From an uncultured Gemmatimonadales bacterium (GTDB lineage: Bacteria > Gemmatimonadota > Gemmatimonadetes > Longimicrobiales > Gaopeijiaceae): 64,000 bases of DNA. Positions within the stretch are counted from its first letter, which is position 1. Each line of letters starts with the position of its first letter. The stretch covers positions 1,152,001 through 1,216,000 of the forward strand of contig CAWELD010000010.1 of the NCBI GenBank assembly GCA_963809895.1, given 5' to 3'. The notes under the pieces are model-generated. The model was not told the DNA's origin. It made no database searches and saw only the letters and a program-made list of their open reading frames with translations. A program made the position numbers and the translations under genes. This document shows positions 10,666-21,565 of this stretch, one piece after another.

Positions 10666-13361
10666 TGCCTGGGTCCGTCTCCCCACCGCGCTGGGCCCGC
10701 CGTCTCCTGCAACGCCTGCTGCCTCCGGGCGATCGGGGCAGCTTCCCGGCGGAGCTCGAGGAGCTCTACCGGATCCAGGTGGGCCGGCGAGGCTCGTGGC
10801 GCGCGAAGTGGTGGTACCGGCGACAGGTGCTGAGCCTTCTGGCCCGCACCGTTCGCAGGAACGGCGGGGCGATGATGAAATCGGTTCACGAAGTAGCGAA
10901 AGGAGTGGTGGACATGGACGGGTTGCGGCGAGACATCGGCTACGCGGTGCGGCGGCTGCTCAAGGCGCCGGGCTTCACCCTGGTGGCGCTGCTGTCGTTG
11001 GCGCTGGGTGTGGGAGCCAACACGGCGATCTTCAGCATCGTGGACGCGGTCATCCTGCGAGGGTCACCGCTCTCCAGGCCCGACGAGCTCGTCGAGCTCT
11101 ACATGCAGCAGCCGGGCTTCAGCCACGGAAGCCTGTCCTATCCCGACTACGTGGATCTCCGGGAGCAGATGTCCGATGTCTTCCAGGACATCGCGGCCTC
11201 TCGCCTGGCGCTCCTCACGGGCGACGGAGACGACGGAGCCGTGGAGATGCTGCCGGCGGAGATGGTGTCGGGCAACTACTTCGCCCTGCAGGGCATCGAG
11301 GCGTCCGTCGGTCGCACGATCCTGCCGTCGGACGACGTGGAAGGCGGTGCGGAGCAGGTGGTCATGCTCGGCCACGGGTTCTGGGAGCGGCGCTACGGCG
11401 GCGACCCGGGCATCGTCGGGCAGGAGATCCGCGTCGGTGGCCAGGCGCTCACCGTGGTGGGCGTCGTGGAGCAGGCGTACCAGGGCACGCTGCGGGGTCT
11501 GGTGCCGGACGTGTACGTGCCCGTGCATCTCGAATCGCGCGTGGACCCGGGCACCAACGATCTGACGCAGCGGGGCAACCAGTCCTACTTCGCCCGAGGG
11601 CGTCTCGTGGCCGGAGCGACGCCGGAGCAGGCGACGGTGGCCGCCCAGCGTGCCACGGACTGGCTGCACGCCACCTACCCGGACGACTGGGTGGCCGGCG
11701 AGGCCATCATCACCGTGCCCAGAGACGAGATCGTGGTGAATCCCATGATCGACCGCATTCTCGTGCCCGCCCTGGGCCTCCTGCTCGGTGTGGTGGGGAT
11801 CGTGCTTCTGATCGCCTGCGCCAACCTGGCGTCGTTCCTGCTGGCTCGCTCGGCCGATCGGCGGCGCGAGGTGGCAGTCCGGCTGGCGCTGGGTGCGCGG
11901 CGGGGCGTCCTCATCCGCCAGCTTCTGACCGAGACGGTGCTGCTGGGCCTCGCGGGAGGCGCTGCCGGCGTGGCCCTGGCGGCCTGGCTCATTCACGCCT
12001 TCCAGGGCGTGGATCTGCCGCTCCCTCTGCCGGTGGACCTGGGCCTCTCGCTGAACGCTCCCGTGCTGCTGTACGCGCTGGGCGTGTCGCTGCTGGCTGG
12101 GCTCCTGTTCGGGCTGACGCCCGCGGTCCAGGCCAGCAACCCGGCACTGGCGCCAACGCTGAAGAACGAGGCCACGGGACAGCCCCCGCGACGGTTCTCC
12201 CTCCGCAACGTGCTGGTCGTGGGCCAGGTCTCGCTCTCGCTCCTGCTGCTCGTGGGTGCCGGGCTCCTGCTGCGCAGCATGCAGGCTCGCCAGAACGTGG
12301 ATCCGGGATTCGGCAGTGAGCCCGCGGCCGTGGTGCAGATGGCCACCGGGGCCGGCGTTCCCGACGACGAGGTGCCGGCGCGGGTCCGGGAGCTCCTCCG
12401 ACGTGCCCGGGAGCTCGCCGGCGTGCGGGTGGCCGGGGTGGGCAGCAATCTGCACCTGAACACCCTGAGCACCTCCAGCCGCTACGTGGACGTGCCGGGT
12501 GTGGCCCCGCCGCCGGAGCGTGAGCACTGGCAGCTGGACTGGGCCTCCGTGTCGCCGGGGTTCATGGAGGCGGCGGGGCTCCATCTCCTGAGGGGCCGGA
12601 CCTTCACCGCGGCGGACGGTCCCGACGCCGATCCCGTGGTGATCGTGAACCAGGCCTTCGCGGACCAGTTCTTCGACGGGGAGGATCCGGTGGGCCGCTC
12701 CATCACCCTGGGCAGCCGGGAGCAGACGGTGGTGGGGCTGGTGAACACCGCGCGCATCCGTTCCCTGGGTGAGCCTCCGCGCCCCTTCGTGTACTCGGCC
12801 TTCGAGCAGTCGCCCAGCAGCTTTTTCTTCCTCGTCGCGCAGACCGACGGCGTGGATCCCCGGCGCACGGCGCTGGAGGTGAGTCGACTGGCCCGCGAGG
12901 TGGATTCCGACGCCAGGATCTACGACCAGACCACCATGGAGCGGCACCTGGCCGTGGTCCTCTTCCCGGCCAGGGCGTCGGCGCTGGCAGCCTCCGTGTT
13001 CGCGGGTCTGGCGCTGCTGCTGGCGGCCATCGGGCTGTACGGCGTCGTCAGCTACGCCGTGTCGAGGAAGACGCGCGAAGTGGGGATCCGCATGTCGTTG
13101 GGCGCCGAAAGCGGGCAGGTGGTGAGGATGCTCATGGCGCACGGACTCCGGCTGGTCGTCGTGGGGGGCGTGCTGGGCATGCTGCTGTCGGCCCTGGGCG
13201 CCCGGGTGCTGGCCCGGTTCCTCTACGGCGTCACGGCGCTGGACCCGCTGACGTTCTTCGGGACCGGCGGGGTGCTGCTGGCGGTGGCCGTGCTGGCGGC
13301 ATGGGTTCCGGCCAGACGCGTGGCGCGCGTGGACCCGGTGCGGGCGCTCAAGGTGGAGTAG
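10665..13361 (+). CDS. ABC permease, duplicated MacB/FtsX (ADOP-type)
   Basis: Prefix domain, PGFTLVALLSLALGVGANTAIFS, LLIACANLA, RRREVAVRLALGA, second FtsX half, DPVRALKVE end. Confidence 0.92.
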   Translation: MPGSVSPPRWARRLLQRLLPPGDRGSFPAELEELYRIQVGRRGSWRAKWWYRRQVLSLLARTVRRNGGAMMKSVHEVAKGVVDMDGLRRDIGYAVRRLLKAPGFTLVALLSLALGVGANTAIFSIVDAVILRGSPLSRPDELVELYMQQPGFSHGSLSYPDYVDLREQMSDVFQDIAASRLALLTGDGDDGAVEMLPAEMVSGNYFALQGIEASVGRTILPSDDVEGGAEQVVMLGHGFWERRYGGDPGIVGQEIRVGGQALTVVGVVEQAYQGTLRGLVPDVYVPVHLESRVDPGTNDLTQRGNQSYFARGRLVAGATPEQATVAAQRATDWLHATYPDDWVAGEAIITVPRDEIVVNPMIDRILVPALGLLLGVVGIVLLIACANLASFLLARSADRRREVAVRLALGARRGVLIRQLLTETVLLGLAGGAAGVALAAWLIHAFQGVDLPLPLPVDLGLSLNAPVLLYALGVSLLAGLLFGLTPAVQASNPALAPTLKNEATGQPPRRFSLRNVLVVGQVSLSLLLLVGAGLLLRSMQARQNVDPGFGSEPAAVVQMATGAGVPDDEVPARVRELLRRARELAGVRVAGVGSNLHLNTLSTSSRYVDVPGVAPPPEREHWQLDWASVSPGFMEAAGLHLLRGRTFTAADGPDADPVVIVNQAFADQFFDGEDPVGRSITLGSREQTVVGLVNTARIRSLGEPPRPFVYSAFEQSPSSFFFLVAQTDGVDPRRTALEVSRLAREVDSDARIYDQTTMERHLAVVLFPARASALAASVFAGLALLLAAIGLYGVVSYAVSRKTREVGIRMSLGAESGQVVRMLMAHGLRLVVVGGVLGMLLSALGARVLARFLYGVTALDPLTFFGTGGVLLAVAVLAAWVPARRVARVDPVRALKVE

Positions 13362-13364
13362 AGG

Positions 13365-16058
13365 GTGTCCATGCCGCCGCCACGGGCGCGGGCTCTGCTC
13401 CGCAGGCTCCTGCCTCCGGAGGACCGGGAGGTCTTTCCCGCCGAGCTGGACGAGCTCTTTCGCATGCGGGTCGAGCGAACGGGACGGGCGCGAGCCCGAT
13501 GGTGGTATCGGCGACAGATCGTGGATCTGGCGCGTCGGCGCCTGGGCGGGCGAGCCGTTCGGGCCATGAGAACCGTGACGGGGATCCTGGGAGGGTTCGT
13601 CGATATGGATGCGATCAAGCGCGACGTAGCCTACGCAGTGCGGCGCATGCTCAAGACGCCGGGCTTCACCCTGGTGGCCGTGCTGTCGTTGGCCCTGGGA
13701 ATCGGTGCCAACACGGCCATGTTCAGCGTGGTCAACGCGGTGCTCTTCCGGAAGCCACCGTTCCGGGCTCCCGAGGAGCTGATGGAGGTCTACACGTCGG
13801 AGAGCGCCGGGTACCTCTACTCGACCTCGTCCCAGCCCGACGCTCGTGACCTGCGCGCGGCCGCCTCGCAGGACGGAATCTTCCAGGACGTGGTGGCCAG
13901 TGAGACCTTCATCGCCAACGCGGGCGAGCCGGGCGAGAGCCAGATCGTGTTCGGCGAAGCCGTGTCCGCCACCCTCTTCGACGTGCTCGGCATCCAGCCG
14001 GTCGTGGGACGCGCGTTCACGCCCGATGAGGACGACGCCCCGGGTGAGGGCGCCGTGGCGGTGCTCGGCTACGGCTTCTGGCGGCAGACCTTCGGCGGAG
14101 ATCCCGGCGTCGTGGGGCGGAGCCTGCGCCTGAACCAGCGGGACTACACGATCGTAGGCGTCGCCCCCGAGTGGTACACGGGCGCCTTCCCGGCCTTTCG
14201 CACCGGTGTCTTCGTGCCCACGAGCATGGTGGACGATCTCCACGGCGGGAGCGCACGCTGGGACAGCCGTGGCAACCGGGGTGCCTTTCTCAAGGCGCGC
14301 CTGGCGCCGGGCGTGACGGCGGAGCAGGCCCAGACGTGGCTCACCCGTTTCAGCGCCGAGCAGGCCACGCGCTACCCCGAGACCAATCAGGACCGGGTCA
14401 TGACGCTGGTGCCTTCGGCGAAGGTGGCGGTGCACCCACTGGTGGACGGGGCTCTCACGCCGGTGGCGGCGCTTCTGTTGGTGGTGGTGGCGATCGTGCT
14501 CCTGATCGCGTGCACGAACCTGGCGGCCTTTCTGCTGGCCCGCGCCGAAGCGCGTCGCGCCGAGATCGCGGTCCGGCTGTCGCTGGGTGCCGGCCGCCTG
14601 GTTCTGATCCGCCAGCTCCTGGTTGAGACGGTGCTGCTGGCGTTCCTGGGAGGGCTGGGCGGCCTCCTGCTGGCCCACTGGACGGTTGCGCTCCTGGTGG
14701 GATTCCGTCCGCCCATTCCGCTCCCGCTGAGCCTCGAGTTTCCCCTGGACGGGCGCGTGCTCGGCTACACGCTGGGGATTTCCCTGTTGGCCGGGCTCCT
14801 CTTCGGCCTGGCTCCGGCGCTGCAGTCGACGCGGGGCGAGCTGGTGACCACACTTCGTGCCGACGGGGGGCGCAGCGGGGGAGGGCGAGGGCGTCTGAGA
14901 GGCGTCCTGGTGGTGGCGCAGGTCGCGCTGTCACTGGTCCTGCTCGTGGGCTCGGGCCTCTTTCTGCGATCCCTGCAGAAGGCGCAGCACATCGACCCGG
15001 GCTTCTACACGGGACACGCGGCGCTGCTGTGGCCCCAGATGGAGTTGAGCGGGCTCTCCGAGGCGGAGGCCCGCGCCTTCTATGCGGAGCTCGAGCGGCG
15101 CCTGGAGGCGCGGCCCGAGGTCGAGGCGGTGACCTACACGGACGTGCTGCCTCTGGGCTTCAGCATCAGCCTGTCGTCGCTGGACATTCCTGACGCCGCG
15201 GTGCCGTCGGCGAGGGCCGACGGCGTGTTCGACGTGGATCGCGCCTGGGTGGCGGACGACTTCTTCGACGCCATGGAGATTCCGCTGCTGCGTGGTCGAG
15301 GCTTCGAGCCGCAGGATGCGGAGTCCGGCGAGGGCGTGGCCATCGTGAGCCAGGCCTTCGTGGACCACTTCTGGCCGGGTCAGGAAGCGCTGGGTCGCAC
15401 CGTCACCAGTGGCAGCCGGACGGTGCGTGTGGTCGGGGTCGCCCGGGACACGAAGGTCCGCAGCCTCGGGGAGGATCCGCGCCCGCGCATCTACTTCGAT
15501 GCGGGCCAGCAGTACCTGGAGGGCGTGCAGTGGATCGTGAAGGGACCGGGACCCAGCGGCGAGTTGCTGCGCATGGCCCGCGACGAGGCGTTGGCGATGC
15601 AGCCGAACCTGGTCTTCTTCGATCAGCGCACCATGGAGGAGCAGATGGCCGTCCAGCTGTTCCCGCCGCGCATGGCGGCGCTGCTCCTGTCGGTCTTCGG
15701 TGGCCTGGCGCTGCTGCTGGCCGCCGTGGGGATCTGGGGCGTGGTGAGCCATGCCGTGGCACGCCGCACCCGTGAGGTGGGCATCCGCGTGTCCCTGGGC
15801 GCCACCGGCGGCCAGGTCGTGAAGCTCCTGGTGGCCAACGGGATGCGCCTGGTGGGCATGGGCGTGGTGGTGGGTCTCGTCCTGGCGGCGGGGGCCGGAT
15901 TCCTCATCGCCCGCTTCCTCTACGGCGTGGGCGCCCTGGACGTGGCGACCTTCCTGGGCATCCCCACTCTTCTGGTGGGCGTGGCCCTCGCCGCGGCGTT
16001 GGTGCCGGCGCGCCGGGCAGCCCGGGTGGATCCGGTGCGGGCGCTCCGGGCCGAGTAG
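13365..16058 (+). CDS. ABC permease, duplicated MacB/FtsX (ADOP-type), tandem paralog
   Basis: Same architecture as the preceding gene (GIGANTAMFS, LLIACTNLA, DPVRALRAE). Alternative ATG at 13371. Confidence 0.92.
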   Translation: MSMPPPRARALLRRLLPPEDREVFPAELDELFRMRVERTGRARARWWYRRQIVDLARRRLGGRAVRAMRTVTGILGGFVDMDAIKRDVAYAVRRMLKTPGFTLVAVLSLALGIGANTAMFSVVNAVLFRKPPFRAPEELMEVYTSESAGYLYSTSSQPDARDLRAAASQDGIFQDVVASETFIANAGEPGESQIVFGEAVSATLFDVLGIQPVVGRAFTPDEDDAPGEGAVAVLGYGFWRQTFGGDPGVVGRSLRLNQRDYTIVGVAPEWYTGAFPAFRTGVFVPTSMVDDLHGGSARWDSRGNRGAFLKARLAPGVTAEQAQTWLTRFSAEQATRYPETNQDRVMTLVPSAKVAVHPLVDGALTPVAALLLVVVAIVLLIACTNLAAFLLARAEARRAEIAVRLSLGAGRLVLIRQLLVETVLLAFLGGLGGLLLAHWTVALLVGFRPPIPLPLSLEFPLDGRVLGYTLGISLLAGLLFGLAPALQSTRGELVTTLRADGGRSGGGRGRLRGVLVVAQVALSLVLLVGSGLFLRSLQKAQHIDPGFYTGHAALLWPQMELSGLSEAEARAFYAELERRLEARPEVEAVTYTDVLPLGFSISLSSLDIPDAAVPSARADGVFDVDRAWVADDFFDAMEIPLLRGRGFEPQDAESGEGVAIVSQAFVDHFWPGQEALGRTVTSGSRTVRVVGVARDTKVRSLGEDPRPRIYFDAGQQYLEGVQWIVKGPGPSGELLRMARDEALAMQPNLVFFDQRTMEEQMAVQLFPPRMAALLLSVFGGLALLLAAVGIWGVVSHAVARRTREVGIRVSLGATGGQVVKLLVANGMRLVGMGVVVGLVLAAGAGFLIARFLYGVGALDVATFLGIPTLLVGVALAAALVPARRAARVDPVRALRAE

Positions 16059-16079
16059 GTCGCCGTTGGGCGGCGCCCG

Positions 16080-17003
16080 TTACGGGGACGGCGACCCGCC
16101 GGTGCGCCGGCCCGACAGCATGGGATTGTCCAGCTCGTCCCGGATCAGGAAGGTCATGACGCCGTCGTCGTCCTCGGCGAACTCGACAGTGGAGCCTTCC
16201 ATGGTCTCCACCAGCTCGCCGTCCTCCATGAGCCCGGGCTGGAAGATGCCCGGCGCCAGCGGGAGGAGCATGATCTCGGTGGGCTCCGGTTCTCCGGTCT
16301 CGCCCGGGAACATGGTGGTGGCCCGCAGCGTGCCGTCGTCGCGATGCACGATGTCCATCGGCGCCGGGGGAGGAGCGTCCACGCCGTCCGGCAGGCTCGC
16401 CGGACCCAGCTCGTAATGGCCCACGTACGGCGCGGCCTCTTCATCGGTGACCATCCGGCGTTGCGACGGCTGCACCTCGATCTTCATGGGCACGGTCGTG
16501 GTGCCCCACGCCAACTCGAGCGTGGTGCCCGAGGTGTCGTAGCTCGGGAAGCTGAAGGTCAGAACCTCGACCGGATCCCCCTTCCGGGGCGTGACGGGGA
16601 AGCGGATCTGGTCGTCGGTGGGTTCGGGATGCTGGGTGTGGAACATCTTCACCCGGGGATCCAGCACCAGCTCCCACTGGTCCGGGTTCACCACCATCCA
16701 CACGGAATACGTGCCCATGGGGACGTCGTGCCCCTCGAGCTCGATGTCCTTGTTGAGGTCGAGCGTGGTCGCCCAGTTGGCTCCCGGCGTCCACACCTCG
16801 CCCCACGTCACCACCTCACCGAACAGATCCGAGCGTCCGCGGGCCCGCGGACGGGAGTATTCCAGGGTGATGACGGTGCCGTCCACCGTCTGCGACACGG
16901 TGGCACGCTCGCTGGCACGGATCTGGGCGTGGGTGGGGCGGGGGCATCCGATGAGGAGCCCGGCAGCGAGGGCGAGCGCCCCCGGTACGCGAGAGGCGTG
17001 CAT
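16080..17003 (-). CDS. DUF2911 domain secreted protein with extra C-terminal domain
   Basis: Signal peptide; SERATVSQTV...YSRPRARGR...WTPGANWAT...LELAWG. Confidence 0.8.
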   Translation of the reverse strand: MHASRVPGALALAAGLLIGCPRPTHAQIRASERATVSQTVDGTVITLEYSRPRARGRSDLFGEVVTWGEVWTPGANWATTLDLNKDIELEGHDVPMGTYSVWMVVNPDQWELVLDPRVKMFHTQHPEPTDDQIRFPVTPRKGDPVEVLTFSFPSYDTSGTTLELAWGTTTVPMKIEVQPSQRRMVTDEEAAPYVGHYELGPASLPDGVDAPPPAPMDIVHRDDGTLRATTMFPGETGEPEPTEIMLLPLAPGIFQPGLMEDGELVETMEGSTVEFAEDDDGVMTFLIRDELDNPMLSGRRTGGSPSP

Positions 17004-17035
17004 GGAAGGTTCTGGATGGGGGGGATCGTGCCCGA

Positions 17036-17500
17036 CTACATGCGGCCGGGGTGGTGCTTCATTTCTCCTGCGCCCCCGAAGCGGGCGTCGATGGCGTTGC
17101 GGATCTGGTCCAGCGACTGGCCCTCCTGGTAGCGGCGGTACGCCAGCCGGCCCTGCCCCTGGCAGATGGGACAGAACTTGGCCATGCCCCCCTCTTCGTA
17201 GCAGGTGAGGAGGGAGCGATACCCCGGCAGATCCGCGCACCCGCAGTGGCAGCGGATGCCATCCACGATCTGGGGGATCTCCCGCACGCCGTCGTAGATG
17301 GGAATGACGTCGGGCACGTCCTGGAGGTCCTCCGGCTTCAGCACGTGCGAGGCATCGATCCCGGGGCGGGGATCGGGGTGGTCCGGGCCCGGCCGCGGAG
17401 GGATGACGCTGGCGCGCAGCGGACGCGCAAGCGCCGCCAGCGCCACGGCCGCAGCCGGCAGCGCCGCCAGGAACTGGCGTCGGGAGGGTTGATCGCACAT
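17036..17500 (-). CDS. Tat-exported PCYCGC-motif Cys-rich protein
   Basis: SRRQFL Tat motif; CHCGC...SLLTCY...CPIC...IRNAIDARF. Confidence 0.8.
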   Translation of the reverse strand: MCDQPSRRQFLAALPAAAVALAALARPLRASVIPPRPGPDHPDPRPGIDASHVLKPEDLQDVPDVIPIYDGVREIPQIVDGIRCHCGCADLPGYRSLLTCYEEGGMAKFCPICQGQGRLAYRRYQEGQSLDQIRNAIDARFGGAGEMKHHPGRM

Positions 17501-17702
17501 GGCTGTCTCGGAGGGCTGAATGAATGCCGCTAACATAGCGCGCGGCGATTCGTGGGGTAAAGACCGGCCTGGACCCTTCCGCATCGATCCCGGTCCGTTT
17601 ATCGTATCGAACCGATACGACGCGCCGCCCCGGTCCCCAATGGCCGGGGCGGCGTGTCACATACGCCTCCACCGTCCCGTCTCCCGCAAGCGGTGAACAG
17701 CC

Positions 17703-18197
17703 ATGTTGGACGAGATTCGCGACAAGATCGAAGCAGAGATCGTCCGGTTGACCCAGGAGCTCAACGTGGAGCTTCCGGCTCGCATCAAGACCGCCGTGGA
17801 GCACGGCGATCTGCGAGAGAACGCCGAATACAAGTCCGCGCTGGAGCGCCAACAGTTCGTGCAGGCGCGCATCGGGCACCTCCAGCAGCGCATGTCGGAG
17901 CTCTCCAAGATCGATGTCAGCGCCATGCCGCTGGACCGCGTCGGGTTCGGCTCGAAGGTGAAGCTCTTCGATGCCTTCATGGAGGAAGAGGTGGAGTTCA
18001 CCATCGTCGCGGGGGATTTCATGGACCTCGACGGCGGCCAGGTGTCCATCGCCTCACCCATCGGCCGGGGTCTTCTCGGCGCCCGTGAGGGTGAGGAGGT
18101 CGTGATCGCCCTCCCCGTGGGGGACCGCACGTTCAAGGTGCTGGAGCTCACGACGCTCCCGCAGCAGGTGGGGGTGGAGGCCGAAGACCAGGGCTAG
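17703..18197 (+). CDS. greA: Transcription elongation factor GreA
   Basis: HGDLRENAEYKSA; VSIASPIGRGLLG. Confidence 0.92.
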   Translation: MLDEIRDKIEAEIVRLTQELNVELPARIKTAVEHGDLRENAEYKSALERQQFVQARIGHLQQRMSELSKIDVSAMPLDRVGFGSKVKLFDAFMEEEVEFTIVAGDFMDLDGGQVSIASPIGRGLLGAREGEEVVIALPVGDRTFKVLELTTLPQQVGVEAEDQG

Positions 18198-18293
18198 CCC
18201 TGGCCACGGAGCTTCGAGGACGCGGCATTCGGGAAGGATCCCGGCCGCCGGGGGTAGTGGCGCGCTCCGACCTCATCTCGCCACACCCGCCCC

Positions 18294-19037
18294 ATGAGCC
18301 GACCATCCCATCCCTCCTCTCCTCGACCGGGAGTTGCAGGCTCCGGGTCCGACGAGGTCGTGCTCCGCGTCCGGGATCTGACCCGTCGTTACCGCGAGGG
18401 TGAGCGCGAGCACACGGTCCTGGACGGCGCGTCGGCGGAGATCCGCCGGGGCGAGCTGGTCGTCCTGCTCGGGCCCAGCGGGAGCGGCAAGTCCACCCTG
18501 CTCAATCTCGTGAGCGGGATCGACACACCCGACGGCGGGTGGATCGAGGTCGACGGCGTACGCATCACCTCGCTGAACGAGCGCGAGCGCACGCTGTTCC
18601 GTCGCCGCCACATCGGCTTCGTCTTCCAGTTCTTCAACCTCCTGCCCACCCTGACGGTGCTGGAGAACCTCCTCCTTCCCCTGGAGCTCAAGGGATCGGT
18701 GGGCCCCGACGAGACGGCCCGTGCCCGGAGCCTGCTGGAACGCGTCGGGCTCCAGGACCGCGCCCACACCTTCCCGGATCGGCTCTCGGGAGGCGAGCAG
18801 CAGCGGGTGGCCCTGGTGCGGGCGCTGGTCCACGAGCCGGCGCTGGTGCTGGCGGACGAGCCCACGGGCAATCTGGATCCCGACACCGGTGAGCGGATCC
18901 TCACGCTCCTGGAGGAGCTCGTGCGGGAGCACGGGCGCACGGTGCTGGCGGTGACCCACTCCCGTGACGTGGCTGCCCGGGCCGATCGGGTTGTGCGCAT
19001 CGACCACGGCCGGCTCGTGGAGGCCGAGGTCCGGTGA
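18294..19037 (+). CDS. ABC transporter ATP-binding protein (LolD/MacB-like)
   Basis: [38 protein letters not shown]. Confidence 0.95.
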   Translation: MSRPSHPSSPRPGVAGSGSDEVVLRVRDLTRRYREGEREHTVLDGASAEIRRGELVVLLGPSGSGKSTLLNLVSGIDTPDGGWIEVDGVRITSLNERERTLFRRRHIGFVFQFFNLLPTLTVLENLLLPLELKGSVGPDETARARSLLERVGLQDRAHTFPDRLSGGEQQRVALVRALVHEPALVLADEPTGNLDPDTGERILTLLEELVREHGRTVLAVTHSRDVAARADRVVRIDHGRLVEAEVR

Positions 19038-21565
19038 GCCTGCTGCGCCGCGCCTCGAGCCGGTGGTTGGTCCGGCATCCGGGCCAGCTGGTCCTGACCG
19101 TGGCCGGCGTGGCCATGGGCGTCGCCGTGGTGGTGGCCATCGACCTCGCCATCCAGAGCGCGCGCGAGGCGTTTCGGCTGTCCACCGAGGCGGTGGCCGG
19201 GCGCGCCACCCATCGCGTCGAGGGCGGGCCCGGAGGGCTGGCGCCGGCGGTGTTCACGCACCTGCGCGTCGACCTGGCCCTCCGACGGTCGGCGCCGGTG
19301 GTGGAGGGATACGCCAGCACGCCGCGACTGCCGGGCGTGGCCCTCCGCCTGCTCGGCGTCGACCCCTTCTCCGAGCGGCCCTTCCGGCCCTGGGTGGCCA
19401 CCGGCGAGGGTGGACCGGCGATGTCGGTCCTGCTCACCCAGCCCGACGCGGTGGTGCTCTCGCGGGGCATGGCGGAGCGGGCCTCGCTCGAAGTCGGGGA
19501 CACCTTCCCGCTGGTGGTGCAGGGCCGGAGCCACCGCGCCGTCCTGGCGGGCCTCCTGACGCCCACCGACCGGCTGGGGCGCCAGGGTCTGAGCGACGTG
19601 GTGCTGGCCGACGTGGCCACGGCCCAGAACCTGGTGGGTCTGGGGGATCGCCTGTCGGCCATCGACCTGATCCTGGACAGCGTGCCCGCGAGTCGGGTCG
19701 AGGCGGAGCTCCCTCCCGGTGTGGTGCTCCGGCCCGTGGGAACGCGGACCGACGCCCTGGAGGGGATGCTCAAGGCCTTCGACCTGAATCTCACCGCGCT
19801 GAGCCTGCTGGCGCTGGTCTTCGGCATGTTCCTCATCTACAACGCCATGACCTTCTCCGTCGTCCAGCGCAGGGGCCTGCTGGGGGCGTTGCGCGCCATC
19901 GGCGTGACCCGGGGAGAGATCCTGGCCATGGTGGGCTCGGAGGCGGTGCTCACCGGTGCCATGGGCGTGATCCTGGGACTCCTCGGTGGGGTGATCCTGG
20001 GCCGGGGGCTGGTCCGGTTGGTGACGCGCACGGTGAACGACCTGTATTTCGTCGTCTCGGTGGAAGGCCTGTCCGTGCCGCCGGGCGTGCTCCTGAAAGG
20101 TGCGGCCATGGGGCTGGGGGCGACGCTGCTGGCGGCCCTGCCGGCGGTATGGGAGGCCGTGGGATCCCCGCCTCGGGCGACGCTCACCCGCTCGGTGGTG
20201 GAAGAACGGGTGCGACGGCTGGTGCCCATGGCCGCGGCGCTGGGCAGCGGGACGGGAGCGGTGGGTGGCCTCCTCCTGATCCTGCCGTCACGGTCCGTGG
20301 TCCTCTCCTTCGCCGGTCTGTTCGGCATCCTCCTGGGAATCGCCCTGCTCACGCCCCTGGCCACGGTGCTGTTGGTGCGGGTGGTGACGCCCCTGCTGGG
20401 GCGCACCGTGGGCATCCTGGGCACCATGGCGGCCCGTGGCGTCGCCGCGGCGTTGTCCAGGACCGCTCCGGCCATGGCGGCGCTGGTGGTGGCCGTGGCG
20501 GTGACCGTGGGTCTGGGCGTGATGATCTCGTCGTTCAGGAGCACGGTGGCGCGCTGGCTCGACCACACGCTGCAGGCCGACGTGTACGTCTCGCCGCCGT
20601 CGCCGGTGGCGTCGAGGGCCGACGGATCGCTGGACCCCGGTGTCGTCGAGCGGCTCACGTCGGCGCCGTTCCTCGCGGGGGTGAGCACCTACCGCGGCGT
20701 GGAGATGGAGACGGAGTACGGCGTGACGCGGGTGGTGGCGCTGGATCTGGATCCCCGGGGAGAGCGGGCCTTTCGCTTCCTCGAGGGCCGCCCCGGGGAG
20801 GCCTTCACGGCCTTCCGGAGCGGGGGCGGGCTGCTGGTCTCGGAGCCGTTCGCCTACCGGCAACGCTTGCAGGTGGGGGACTCGGTGCGACTGCCGACCC
20901 GCGCGGGCGAGAGGGCCTTTCCCGTGGCCGGTGTCTTCTCCGACTACGGCTCCGACCAGGGCGTGGTCATGATGGCGCGGGCCACCTGGAGTCGACACTT
21001 CGACGATCCCGGCGTCACCTCGCTGGGCCTGTTTCTGGCGGCGGGCGTCGATTCCGAGGCCGCCGTGGATTCGCTCCGGGCCCTGGTCGGACCCGACCAG
21101 GCGGTGGTGATCCGCTCCAACCAGGCGCTCCGGCAGGGCTCGCTCCAGGTGTTCGACCGGACGTTCGCCATCACGGCGGTCCTGCGTGCCCTGGCCTTCG
21201 CGGTGGCGTTCATCGGCGTGCTGTCGGCCCTGATGGCGCTCCAGCTCGAGCGGGGCAGGGAGCTCGGGGTGCTCAGGGCCAACGGCCTGACCCCGGGGCA
21301 GGTGTGGGCGCTGGTGACCACCCAGACCGGCGTCCTGGGTCTGGTGGCGGGCGTGCTGGCGGTGCCTGCTGGCCTGGTCCTGGCCGCGGTCATGATCTTC
21401 GTCGTGAACCGCAGGTCGTTCGGGTGGACGCTGACCATGACGGTAGGTCCCGACGTCCTCCTCCAGGCCGTGGGACTGGCGGTGGCGGGGGCGCTGCTGG
21501 CGGGACTGTACCCGGCGTGGCGCATGGCACGCACCTCGCCGGCCCTGGCGCTGCGCTCCGAATGA
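19034..21565 (+). CDS. FtsX-like ABC permease (AttF/G-like, two halves)
   Basis: Two MacB/FtsX repeats; [14 protein letters not shown]; overlaps the ATPase stop. Confidence 0.9.
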   Translation: MSLLRRASSRWLVRHPGQLVLTVAGVAMGVAVVVAIDLAIQSAREAFRLSTEAVAGRATHRVEGGPGGLAPAVFTHLRVDLALRRSAPVVEGYASTPRLPGVALRLLGVDPFSERPFRPWVATGEGGPAMSVLLTQPDAVVLSRGMAERASLEVGDTFPLVVQGRSHRAVLAGLLTPTDRLGRQGLSDVVLADVATAQNLVGLGDRLSAIDLILDSVPASRVEAELPPGVVLRPVGTRTDALEGMLKAFDLNLTALSLLALVFGMFLIYNAMTFSVVQRRGLLGALRAIGVTRGEILAMVGSEAVLTGAMGVILGLLGGVILGRGLVRLVTRTVNDLYFVVSVEGLSVPPGVLLKGAAMGLGATLLAALPAVWEAVGSPPRATLTRSVVEERVRRLVPMAAALGSGTGAVGGLLLILPSRSVVLSFAGLFGILLGIALLTPLATVLLVRVVTPLLGRTVGILGTMAARGVAAALSRTAPAMAALVVAVAVTVGLGVMISSFRSTVARWLDHTLQADVYVSPPSPVASRADGSLDPGVVERLTSAPFLAGVSTYRGVEMETEYGVTRVVALDLDPRGERAFRFLEGRPGEAFTAFRSGGGLLVSEPFAYRQRLQVGDSVRLPTRAGERAFPVAGVFSDYGSDQGVVMMARATWSRHFDDPGVTSLGLFLAAGVDSEAAVDSLRALVGPDQAVVIRSNQALRQGSLQVFDRTFAITAVLRALAFAVAFIGVLSALMALQLERGRELGVLRANGLTPGQVWALVTTQTGVLGLVAGVLAVPAGLVLAAVMIFVVNRRSFGWTLTMTVGPDVLLQAVGLAVAGALLAGLYPAWRMARTSPALALRSE

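Noticed and set aside
11064..14678. 1204-aa minus-strand ORF (and similar ones such as 3600..6386)
   Set aside because: Antisense shadows of well-supported genes, with no motifs.
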